Shown here: positions 1 to 8,800 of the stretch, in pieces
Position numbering within the stretch: the stretch's first letter is position 1
Layout of the letters: every line of letters starts with the position of its first letter
Virus record (IMG/VR): IMGVR_UViG_3300021412_000006
Span: 1 to 29,974 of that record
Origin: a virus
Lineage: Duplodnaviria; Caudoviricetes
Strand: one strand, 5' to 3'
DNA length: 29,974 bases
Notes under the pieces: generated by a model
What the model saw: the letters and a program-made list of their open reading frames with translations, nothing else
Told to the model about the DNA's origin: nothing
Database searches by the model: none
Program-made: the position numbers and the translations under genes

Positions 1-1
1 C

Positions 2-1516
2 GAAGATATCCGTGAATTCCTGGAAACTTACACTGGTTATATCGTTTGTCACAACGCTAAGTTCGATCTTGTTTCTCTTAGTACTGTTGGTATTGCATAT
101 ACTGGTAAGTTCTATGACACGCTTCTAATCTGTCACCTTATCAATGAGAACCTACCTTACGATAAAAACCTAACTAACTGTGTTAAGAAATATGTAGATG
201 GCGAAGAATCTAAGCGAGACGACAGAGCGTTTAAGGCTAAGGTTGCAACGTTCGGCTGGGAGGGAATTCCAGTAGATGATATGCGAATCTATGCAGCCCA
301 TGATGCGTGTCTGTGTTTAGCGTTGCTATATGGTGTGTGGGATCAGTTTAAGGCAGAAGTTCCTGATGCGTGGTGGGAACACAAACAGAAGTTCACTCGT
401 GTAATTATTGCTATGGAGAAGCGTGGGGTACGAATTGATGTAGACCTGTGTAACCGAATGGCAGCCATAGGTGACACCATTATGACATCACTGGTGGATA
501 CTGTAGGAGGGAACCTTGGTAGTTCAGTCTTTCTCAAAGAAGTTCTTATTGATCGGCTTGGACTACCGGTTGTTAAGACCTCACCAAAGACAGGGAAACC
601 GTCGTTTGATAAAGATGCGATGGAACAATACGACGAAATGCTCGTTCGTTCTACAGACCCTACCGCGCAGTATGTGCTTGAGTATCGTGGTTGGCAAAAG
701 TCCGTGTCATCTAATTACGTTCCATACGTGCAACTTCTCTCACCTGACGGTAGACTACGCCCAAATTATAAATTACACGGAACTAAAACTGGGCGTAGTT
801 CCTGTGAGAAACCAAATCTTCAGCAAATCCCTAGGAAGGGTGAAAATCAGTGGAATGGGCAGATGAAAAAATGCTTCATTCCTGCCGATGACTTTGATCT
901 TTGGGAAGCAGATTACGCGCAACTAGAGTTACGATTGGGGACAGGATATGCCAAAGAAAAAGCGCTACTCAAAGTCTTCGAGGAAGACCGAGATATCTTT
1001 ACTGAAATGTCTCCAAACGTGGGCCTTACTCGGCAGGACACTAAAACGTTTGTCTACTCTACCCAATACGGTGCGGGAGTCAACCGCATTAAAAATGCAC
1101 TTGGAGTATCTGAACAGCACGCTAAACGAATTAGAGAGAAGTACCAAAAGTCTTACCCACAATTTGTCGCAGTTAGCCGACGAGCCAGTGCCCTCTGCAA
1201 AACCAAACGAAAGGTTAAACTCTGGTCAGGAAGGTATAGACACTTCCAGTATCCCAAAGATGAGGGTCATAAGGCGTTCAACAGCCTAATTCAAGGAGGC
1301 GCCGCTGATATTGTAGAGACAAGGATGGTAGCACTTTATGAACAAGTCGACTCTGACGATTGTCGTATGTTGCTCACAGTGCATGACTCGGTTCTTTTTG
1401 AAATTCGTAAAGGAAAAGAAGACTACTATAGAGGTAGAATTACTGAAATCATGTCCGATGTGCGGCCAAAGTTCGGCGTTAAGTTTGCCGTTGATTTCCA
1501 CAAGTGGGGTGAGTAA
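2..1516 (+). CDS. polA: DNA polymerase, family A, with 3'-5' exonuclease (5'-truncated by the window edge)
   Basis: The frame is open from position 2 (EDIREFL...). ExoII HNAKFD and ExoIII YAAHD are present. Also TGRSSCEKPNLQQIP, motif A ADYAQLELR, motif B RQDTKTFVYSTQYG and motif C VHDS. Confidence 0.96.
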   Translation, partial: EDIREFLETYTGYIVCHNAKFDLVSLSTVGIAYTGKFYDTLLICHLINENLPYDKNLTNCVKKYVDGEESKRDDRAFKAKVATFGWEGIPVDDMRIYAAHDACLCLALLYGVWDQFKAEVPDAWWEHKQKFTRVIIAMEKRGVRIDVDLCNRMAAIGDTIMTSLVDTVGGNLGSSVFLKEVLIDRLGLPVVKTSPKTGKPSFDKDAMEQYDEMLVRSTDPTAQYVLEYRGWQKSVSSNYVPYVQLLSPDGRLRPNYKLHGTKTGRSSCEKPNLQQIPRKGENQWNGQMKKCFIPADDFDLWEADYAQLELRLGTGYAKEKALLKVFEEDRDIFTEMSPNVGLTRQDTKTFVYSTQYGAGVNRIKNALGVSEQHAKRIREKYQKSYPQFVAVSRRASALCKTKRKVKLWSGRYRHFQYPKDEGHKAFNSLIQGGAADIVETRMVALYEQVDSDDCRMLLTVHDSVLFEIRKGKEDYYRGRITEIMSDVRPKFGVKFAVDFHKWGE

Positions 1517-1734
1517 TGGACCGAGTGTTGTGTCGACCGACACCTAACTCGCATAATATAACTAGGAGAACTTGTTTTGCTAAACAATCTGAAAAGCGGT
1601 CTCAACCTTGTCCTCTTTGCGAAGGATATCGTTCACCAAACGACCCTGTATACCGTGAACTTGTTGGTTGGGAGTCTAGCGGGTCGGGTATAATGAAACC
1701 TATGTATAGTCAAGGAAAAAGGAGAGAAGTATAA
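1516..1734 (+). CDS. Small hypothetical protein with CxxC
   Basis: TAATG-coupled to polA upstream and to the next gene downstream; contains CPLC. Confidence 0.65.
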   Translation: MDRVLCRPTPNSHNITRRTCFAKQSEKRSQPCPLCEGYRSPNDPVYRELVGWESSGSGIMKPMYSQGKRREV

Positions 1735-2231
1735 TGGCTGGTATCGCGTTAATGCTAATTCCGGAAGATGCTGTTGGAGACGAGCATCTTACGCTTGGGT
1801 TCTTTGGAGACACAGGAGCCGCTGTTCAAGGAATGAAACCATATGTAGAACTTGGACTAAAACTCATTGCATTCGAGTTTGCACCTACTGGTAAAGTTAA
1901 TGGTGTAGGTATCTTTAATTTACCTGATGGATATGCTAGTGTACAACTTGTAGATTCTATTGAAGTTGAGTACTTACGCGCAAAACTTCAACGTGTCCTT
2001 CAAGGTGATGGCAATATCCTTGCTCCTGCTAATACACCACTTAAGTCAGAACATGGTTTTATTCCACATATGACAATGGCAATTTTCTCAGGTGAAGAAT
2101 ATCCTGGTGTAGCACCTATTGAAGGCCGTGATCTTAAGTTCGACAGGCTCCGTGTAGGTTTTGGTGATAAGTACACTGACCTCTGGTTCGAAGGATTTAA
2201 CCCTAATGTCCAACATGCCATCAGACGATAA
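1734..2231 (+). CDS. 2H phosphoesterase (2'-5' RNA ligase/LigT fold; Acb1-like candidate)
   Basis: Two HxT motifs (EHLTLGF, GFIPHMTMA) about 95 aa apart in a 165-aa protein; AGGAG RBS upstream. Confidence 0.85.
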   Translation: MAGIALMLIPEDAVGDEHLTLGFFGDTGAAVQGMKPYVELGLKLIAFEFAPTGKVNGVGIFNLPDGYASVQLVDSIEVEYLRAKLQRVLQGDGNILAPANTPLKSEHGFIPHMTMAIFSGEEYPGVAPIEGRDLKFDRLRVGFGDKYTDLWFEGFNPNVQHAIRR

Positions 2232-2400
2232 GTATTGTGAGCAGTCTGATCTTTTGCAAAGAGACTGTGCTCACTGTCGAGGCGCAAAGTTAGGCGATGA
2301 AGATGGGTATAGAAAAGAAATATACCGCGGCCTCACTCGTGAGGACGAATGGGCAATTGAAAAAGCCGCCGAGTCGTCTCCTCGCAGTAGACCCAGGTAA
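2206..2400 (+). CDS. Small Cys-rich hypothetical protein (CEQSDL...CAHCR)
   Basis: ATG at 2206 (alternative 2215) follows AAGGA; C-x9-C-x-H-C pattern; fills the gap between flanking genes. Confidence 0.55.
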   Translation: MSNMPSDDKYCEQSDLLQRDCAHCRGAKLGDEDGYRKEIYRGLTREDEWAIEKAAESSPRSRPR

Positions 2401-2785
2401 GCATACTGGCCTATGTGTGTTTGTGGATGGCGAACCACGAAAAATGGAACAAGTACATACCAATGATGATCTGATTGATTGGCTAGAGGCAGAACCTCGA
2501 CCGGATTTAATCGTCATGGAGAAGTACAAACTGTTTAAGTGGCTCGCTCTCCAACAATCAGGCTCACGTATGGAGGTTGCACAGGCTGAGGGTATTGTTG
2601 AGTCTTATGGTAGACGTAACGGAGTTCAAGTAATTGAACAGTCGCCACAGATTCTAACTACTGCTCAAATGTGGACTAAAGTGCGTCTTGATAGAGGGAG
2701 CCATGATAGGTCACACTGGAAATCAGCACTAAATCATGGTTATTACTACTTGATCTGTAACAATATGGCGGAGATTAAACAATGA
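2297..2785 (+). CDS. RuvC-like Holliday junction resolvase
   Basis: N-terminal LAVDPGKHTG RNase-H-fold motif, second acidic motif IVMEKY, typical size. The real start may be TTG at 2357 after GAGGA. Confidence 0.8.
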   Translation: MKMGIEKKYTAASLVRTNGQLKKPPSRLLAVDPGKHTGLCVFVDGEPRKMEQVHTNDDLIDWLEAEPRPDLIVMEKYKLFKWLALQQSGSRMEVAQAEGIVESYGRRNGVQVIEQSPQILTTAQMWTKVRLDRGSHDRSHWKSALNHGYYYLICNNMAEIKQ

Positions 2786-3330
2786 GACCAGATAAATTAA
2801 AAGAGCGCAGGCGCCAAAAGGCACTCGCGCTAGTTGCGTCGCTAGGTGTAGATACGTCAGGCTATGTTGATCATTCAGCAGAAAGGCTAGACCGTGCCCC
2901 AGAAAATCTTGAACGACAGGGAGAAGCGGCTCTTGCTTTTCTTGCTAGACCATCTCGATTTGTTACCAAGCAATGTACTTACTGCCAAGAGTACTTCGGT
3001 ACTAATTACAATTCGGTCGGGTATTGCTCAAACCTCTGTCGAGACAAACACTTCCGACAGCAGACAGGGTACAAAGTCGATTGGGGAGCCAAGTCAGATA
3101 AAGAAAGATGGGGTGGGGAGCCCCCGCTTATCATTGACCCAGAGACTTTACGGCATCTAGCACAATGGTACACAGAACTTAAGCAAAAAGTAGATCAGGA
3201 AAGTCAAACTCAAAGTCAACAGCAGGAGCCAGAACAATCTCAACTGAATACTCTAACCATCCCGAACGAATCGCTTGCTCCGTCATTTGAGTTCGAACCA
3301 GTGGACTTATCTTATTTCGCTGACGCTTAG
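2782..3330 (+). CDS. Hypothetical protein with putative zinc finger (CTYC...YCSNLC)
   Basis: ATGA overlap with the resolvase gene, GGAG RBS, CxxC-x13-CSxxC. Its 3' end overlaps whiB on the opposite strand. Confidence 0.75.
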   Translation: MRPDKLKERRRQKALALVASLGVDTSGYVDHSAERLDRAPENLERQGEAALAFLARPSRFVTKQCTYCQEYFGTNYNSVGYCSNLCRDKHFRQQTGYKVDWGAKSDKERWGGEPPLIIDPETLRHLAQWYTELKQKVDQESQTQSQQQEPEQSQLNTLTIPNESLAPSFEFEPVDLSYFADA

Positions 3331-3562
3331 TTTGTCCTCCCCATATTCCATCTTCTTCATGTACTACAGCGTAAGCAAAACAATTCTGTTTTACAGGGCA
3401 GCCGTTGCAGAAATCTCTCCACGGAGGTTGGCGCAACGGCCTTCCTTGTTTCTGCTCAAACATTTCTTTTGATTCAGCAAGCGAAAGTTTCCCACATCTG
3501 GCTCTTGCTGACCATTCCTTACGAGTCTCGGTCAAGTGCTCGTAACCCGTTGGCTCTCCCAT
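3179..3562 (-). CDS. whiB: WhiB-family Fe-S transcription factor
   Basis: WSARARC...CNGCPVKQNC (four Cys) plus GIWGG and a basic helix TKRQR. Confidence 0.93.
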   Translation of the reverse strand: MGEPTGYEHLTETRKEWSARARCGKLSLAESKEMFEQKQGRPLRQPPWRDFCNGCPVKQNCFAYAVVHEEDGIWGGQTKRQRNKISPLVRTQMTEQAIRSGWLEYSVEIVLAPAVDFEFDFPDLLFA

Positions 3563-3567
3563 GTGAG

Positions 3568-3618
3568 CATGGTAAGGCCCACCCCCCTACTCATACAAGA
3601 GGGGTGGGCCTTGCCGTG
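3568..3618 (-). terminator. GC-rich inverted repeat ending the late/lysis transcript (overlaps the whiB promoter)
   Basis: Arms (cat)ggtaaggcccacccc and ggggtgggccttgcc(gtg) with a 15-nt loop, directly after the holin stop; no long U-tract. Confidence 0.65.
3569..3598 (-). promoter_or_regulatory. Putative leaderless whiB promoter
   Basis: TTGTAT-N18-TACCAT-N6-ATG on the minus strand; no clear SD near the whiB ATG. Confidence 0.45.
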
Positions 3619-3625
3619 TCAAGGT

Positions 3626-3892
3626 CTAGTCTACGTTTTGCCCGAGGCTCCCACGGGTACGTGTAGCGATCATTTTGTTACTGATCACATTTGCACCAGC
3701 CATACCAAAGAGTAGTGCAGAAACACCTGCTGTAGTTTGCTGACCGAAATCAAGCCATTGTGCAGCAGAAGTTCCATCACCGATTCTAGTAGCCTGGGCA
3801 GATAAAAATGCTACGTTAAGAACGCCTAGGCTATAGTACAGAATCGCCCTTAGGCGCGGTGGAATCTGAATTACCTCGTTCATTGCTATCAT
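3626..3892 (-). CDS. Holin (2 TM, actinophage type)
   Basis: IPPRLRAILY...two hydrophobic segments...AGANV and a basic C-terminus; last gene of the membrane cassette. The likely start is 3883. Confidence 0.75.
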   Translation of the reverse strand: MIAMNEVIQIPPRLRAILYYSLGVLNVAFLSAQATRIGDGTSAAQWLDFGQQTTAGVSALLFGMAGANVISNKMIATRTRGSLGQNVD

Positions 3893-4181
3893 CCTTTTCC
3901 ATAAGATACTTATTAAACATGATCATTTGCCAGGTCATTGTTAAGAATAATACAGTGTAGATTCCTGCTCTGAAGTCAAAATACTCAGGACCATTAAGTA
4001 TAAATCTAAAAACAAATATAATTGTACCAATCAATGCAAGACAAATTTTCATAAACATTAGAGTTCTACCCTCACGGGTACTTCTCCAAGGTTTTCTTAG
4101 GTACCGAATAACAAATGTCCATGTAACGATTGTGAACAAACCAATCGCTGCTAGTGCTGCAATCGCTACAGCGCTCTCCAT
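3831..4181 (-). CDS. Membrane protein (3 TM), lysis-cassette associated / putative holin
   Basis: Three hydrophobic helices; YLRKPWRSTREGRTLM loop of the kind seen in actinophage lysis-cassette proteins. Confidence 0.75.
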   Translation of the reverse strand: MESAVAIAALAAIGLFTIVTWTFVIRYLRKPWRSTREGRTLMFMKICLALIGTIIFVFRFILNGPEYFDFRAGIYTVLFLTMTWQMIMFNKYLMEKDDSNERGNSDSTAPKGDSVL

Positions 4182-4182
4182 A

Positions 4183-4362
4183 TTAACCGCCCATCGCTCT
4201 TTTTACATTCGTTCCTAAATGATTTTCTCTTTTTACTTTTTGACGTCGTGTTATCCTTGCATCTACCTGTATTGTTAATTCATCGGCTTTTGCCTTTAGG
4301 CGCTGGCCGTCTTCTACTTCTTTTCTTGAAAACGAACTGATCATCATTTGCCACAAACTCAT
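4183..4362 (-). CDS. Small 59-aa lysis-cassette protein (absent from the ORF track)
   Basis: Hand translation MSLWQMMISSFSRKEVEDGQRLKAKADELTIQVDARITRRQKVKRENHLGTNVKRAMGG; ATGA overlap upstream; stop 1 nt before the next ATG. Confidence 0.75.
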   Translation of the reverse strand: MSLWQMMISSFSRKEVEDGQRLKAKADELTIQVDARITRRQKVKRENHLGTNVKRAMGG

Positions 4363-4610
4363 TTCTTAGCCTCAGATTCTTCGGCTTTATTGAGAATGGA
4401 CTTTAGCAAAGAATGAGTAAGATCATCATTTTCGATCATCTTTTCTACGTTTTTTACCAGCGTTAACGCAGTTTCTTTGTAGAAGTTGACAATCTCATCA
4501 TGTTGTCTTTTCGTGTAAAGCCGACTAGTTGCTAATAGTCCGATGAATATTACGAGCACTGCTCCAATATCAACAACTCTATTGGAAACTAATGCCATAA
4601 ATTCATTCAC
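4359..4610 (-). CDS. Single-TM membrane protein, lysis-cassette associated
   Basis: N-terminal TM helix followed by a charged helical tail; tight spacing with neighbours; GTG start. Confidence 0.75.
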   Translation of the reverse strand: MNEFMALVSNRVVDIGAVLVIFIGLLATSRLYTKRQHDEIVNFYKETALTLVKNVEKMIENDDLTHSLLKSILNKAEESEAKK

Positions 4611-4612
4611 GG

Positions 4613-5203
4613 TTATCGCATCCTTGCCATAATTTGTTGCACATATCTATTAATGGAAGGATAACCGCCTGCTTGTGTACTGTTATAAGAACCGCCGCCA
4701 CCTGCTCGAATCCACTTCTGAGCGGTTCCTTCACCAGCGTACCATGCAACAGCCGCGCCTGCCGCGCCATACTTCTGGTAATACTGATTTAGATAATACG
4801 TGGCTACTTTTTCTTGAATAGCCGGAGCCATGAATTGTTGTGGAGTAACACTGTAGCCTAGTGCTGCTTTAGACCATGAAGGAATATTACCGGCCATGAT
4901 CTGATATTTACCTGTAGCACCTGATGCATTTCTAGCATTATAGTTATTGCCAGATTCTTGCATCCCGATAGCATTCTTAAACTTTTCAAATGCGCTATTA
5001 CCGCTAGCAGCAGGCATTTGAACTCCGCCACCACCTACAGACTGTGTAGGTTGCTGTGCGTTAAACATAGCCATTTGGTTTTGTGCGGCTTGAGCAGCCG
5101 CTCTTTTCTGCTGCTGAAACTTCTCAAAAGTAGTCTGAGAAGTACCCATATCATCAATAGCAGCAAGTCTCGCACGTAGGGCTTGCTCAAAGTCATAAGG
5201 CAT
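4613..5203 (-). CDS. Lysozyme-like/lytic transglycosylase domain protein (probable virion-associated)
   Basis: ESGNNY catalytic Glu motif, GATGKYQIM..W, AAVAWYAG and YV motifs, behind a Q/A-rich N-terminal linker. Confidence 0.85.
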   Translation of the reverse strand: MPYDFEQALRARLAAIDDMGTSQTTFEKFQQQKRAAAQAAQNQMAMFNAQQPTQSVGGGGVQMPAASGNSAFEKFKNAIGMQESGNNYNARNASGATGKYQIMAGNIPSWSKAALGYSVTPQQFMAPAIQEKVATYYLNQYYQKYGAAGAAVAWYAGEGTAQKWIRAGGGGSYNSTQAGGYPSINRYVQQIMARMR

Positions 5204-5205
5204 GT

Positions 5206-5892
5206 CTACCGCCTAGGACTTGAAGCAAAGTATGGATCAGACCAACCCAGGTATTGCGAACCCCATTTCTTACTAATATCTCCAATAGGTACTAGAGAAA
5301 TTCTTCCAGCACCACCGATATCATTAGAGTAGATCATTCCATTACCAGCATATAGAGCAGCGTGACCTGCTTTACCCTGACCTGTATTCCAGTAGACGAC
5401 AGAGCCAACATTAGGTGTCCCACTATTTACAATACGCTTCTGACTGGCTGCTAGGTTGTACGCATCAATTGCTCTATTTGATCCACTACCAGCAAGACCG
5501 TATGCAGAAGCAACAAATGCAAGACAACGACGATACCAACTAGAATCTCCGTTAGCCGCGGCCTGCTTAGCAAATGCTAAAGCCTGGGCAACAGAACGTG
5601 GATTTGGATTATTAGCCTGAGCACCTTGACCAGTACCATAATCTGCACCACTATCTCCACCGACAGAAGCACCTTGTTGCTGACTAGCAGCAGCCATCAT
5701 AGCCTGCCGCTGGGCTTCCAGGCGTTTCTGTTGGTCCGCCATAGCCTTTTGCTGAACATACTGATTTTGCTGAGTGCCCATGTCATTAATCTGGGCAAGA
5801 CGATTTCGAATAGCAACTTGGTAATCGTAAGGGTTATCCTTAGGTTGTTGCATATTAACCTGAGGATTATAGGCGTAGGTATCAGTCTCCAT
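5206..5892 (-). CDS. CHAP/NlpC-P60-like peptidoglycan hydrolase (probable virion-associated)
   Basis: CLAFV...PNVGSVVYW...GHAALYAGNG...YLGW Cys-His dyad; Q-rich N-terminus. Confidence 0.83.
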   Translation of the reverse strand: METDTYAYNPQVNMQQPKDNPYDYQVAIRNRLAQINDMGTQQNQYVQQKAMADQQKRLEAQRQAMMAAASQQQGASVGGDSGADYGTGQGAQANNPNPRSVAQALAFAKQAAANGDSSWYRRCLAFVASAYGLAGSGSNRAIDAYNLAASQKRIVNSGTPNVGSVVYWNTGQGKAGHAALYAGNGMIYSNDIGGAGRISLVPIGDISKKWGSQYLGWSDPYFASSPRR

Positions 5893-8800
5893 TACCGGTT
5901 ATCCTTGACGAATTGTGCTTTCGCCTGCTGCTTTTCTTTTCGGGCTGAGTTCTGATATGACGGTTTACTCATATCGGAGATTCCTAGCCCTGACAACCAG
6001 TTTAATCCCGCAATTGCGTTCGAGTCTAGCGTTATTCCACCAACGTTGAGTTGTGGCTCATAACCTTGATTAGATTTAGGATCAGCACTTGTTCCAGGTA
6101 GGCTTCGATCTGTTAAATTCTCAACTAGAGAACTATTTGGAAGTTGTTTAGTAATGTAGTCAGCGAATGTAGGTACAGGAGCACCACCGAGTCGAACATC
6201 TTGAGCAAATGCCCCCTTAGGGGCGGTACCGATTTCGATTGGTGCTTTGAGTGCAGGGTTAAGGTTACCCATCAGTGTACTCTTAATAGCACCCGGGTTA
6301 TCTACGTTGAAGTAGCCATCAAGAATATCTGCACTAGGAACACCAGTTTTCATACCAAAGTAGCCACTGTCGGCATTACCTAGTACTGGACCCTGACTAG
6401 TATTTTCCATCCATGACGGGAATAGTTGATCTAGCGGGAACGGGTCACCAAAACCATTCTCTAGATCAATACCATTAGCCTCTGCCAAAGCATACATTGC
6501 CTTGGGATATAGCAATGCACGGCCAGGAGTCATTACATGGGCTTCAACTACTAGAGGAATAGCCTTACGCATCCAGGAATAGAACAGCACTCCACGTCGC
6601 ATTACCTGCTGCTCAAAGCGTGAGTAGTCAGAGCCGTCAGGGTGCCATTTTCTGACCCTCATAGACGCTGCAACGCCTACCTTGTCTAATGCTTCTTCAA
6701 AGGAATTAGCAATTACAGTAGGGTTATTCTCTAGTGCGTATGTGAAGTGGGCTGATCGGTGGTAATGGTCCCGAACCTCAGAAAGTTTTCCGGCTGCCTT
6801 ATGTACTTGTCCTGCCTTAACTCCACCATTAGTGAGTTTTTCGGCGTAGTGCATTGGGTTAATATGACGTAAGCCACCACTAATACCAGACCGAGTAAAA
6901 TCAAAGCCTGTGTTTGTCGCCATCCCCAAGTCTTCAAGAATCTGGTACGTCGGGTAGATGCCATGAGCATATCCTAGCCTAAAGGCTTCCTCGGCATTAA
7001 GTTCTACTGTCTCGGTGGTTCCGTTCGGCTTACGCCAGGTAAACTTAGTTACAGGCTTACCTGCGGCTGTAGCAGTAATTTTAGCCAGTGATTCAGGGTC
7101 CCAATCAGCGTATGCGCCGCCTCGGGCTGACATGACTTTAAGACCCTTCTCATACCACTTAGGCGAGAACATTCCATCCATCATTCCTAGCCAAGTGTCA
7201 CCATAAGTATTACGGAGGTGGTGACCAGGACGATAAATAGTAAGTTGGGTCTTGTACATATGGGTGACAGCGTCAAATGTCCTAAGGACCTTGTTATTGC
7301 TGGCAGGCTTAATTAGTTCGTTAAGTGTGTTATCAAGCACCCGTAGTTCTTTAGCAATGTCATCAGGGTAGTAAAGGTTAGGATCAATTACTTTAGCAAC
7401 ACGACTTCTACCCCCAGAGTCAGTAATTCGGACTAACCCTGGCTTATAAGTTTTTTCACCAAATAGTTTACTGATTCGTGAGCCCATTAGCATTTCTGAA
7501 TAGGCACCCATACCAGCAGCATAAGTCTTAGAGAGAAGTGCTAGTGGGTCATCAACATTCTCCCATGAACGCCATGAACCCATAGCCTCGTCGTAATTTT
7601 TTCCGACGAATCGATACTTGTCTCCAACCCCAAAATGTCCGAGTTTCTCATTAATATGGCGAGGATCGATACCCATTCGAGCCAATTTACCGATTTTAGT
7701 ATCAGACGAGAATGCCATATCAATGACATTACGTAGTTCGACAGTCGCAGCCTTGACCCGAGGATTACTAACTAGTTGATCATGGCCAGTCTGAACACGA
7801 TAGAACGCCTCAGAGATTTCATCCTTGGTATATGCCTGACTAATCTTACCTAGTTGTTCATGGTACTTATAGGCCAGAGTCTTGGTCATTGACTCAGTAC
7901 CTAGAAGAATAGGTCGAACATCCTTATTCGCTACATGAGGGAATAGTGCTCGAACCTGAGCAATACCATTGGAAAGTTCCAGAAGATCGTTAAGATCAGC
8001 GGTAGGGACCAAATCATCGAAGATTTCACCCATTTCTTGCTCAGCAGAGTCAAGTGATTCTTTAACTGCTGCAATCTTGTTACCCTTAGCAGTTGCTTTT
8101 CCGACAGCCGCCTGTACTTCCATTTCAGGAAGAGGGAGTGACTTTTGTGCAACCTCGGTAAGATTAGCAAGAGCCTGCTCAGCAGCACCCACAGGAGGAA
8201 TTTCACCAGAGGCTTTAACTGCGGTTTCAACAATAGCAGGTAGGTCTGTAGCAATTTGTAGAAGATCGGTACCAATTCCGTCTGTAGCCTCTACAGCCTC
8301 GGCAAATGACTTAAGTGTACCAAGTTCTAGTTGCTTAACCTTACGACCGTACTGAATACCATAACGTGCTGAGTTAGTTTCCATCTTCTGAGCAATGGCA
8401 GGTGCAGCATTAAACAAATCACGCATGAGCCGATAGTGCTCAGTATCAGCGATTGTCTTACCCATAGGGTTATTAGCAACCATCCGAGAATTAAACTCAT
8501 TGTAGTTACTAATCTTATCTCCCTGTCGGCCAATATTAGCCGCCAGAATACTATCAACTTCTTTATAGGCTGCCGCACCAGCAGCATCATCGGCACCAGA
8601 GCGCACATACTTGACAAGTTCTTTAGCAATATCCAACCAAGCAGTCATAGGAATTGACTTTTGGTTAGTCATAAAGTAGTTCTCTACGTGATGTCTTGGC
8701 ATAGCCGACAGAACATCATGGAGACTTAGAGGCAAACCTGATTTACCAGAACCTAGAATCGGCTCAATACCCTTTGCCCGCAGAGTATCATCAGCGGCTT

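Noticed and set aside
3883-3892. Dual-start holin/antiholin (Met-Ile-Ala-Met)
   Set aside because: There is no positively charged residue in the extension, and the SD directly abuts the first ATG, so only the second ATG is well placed.
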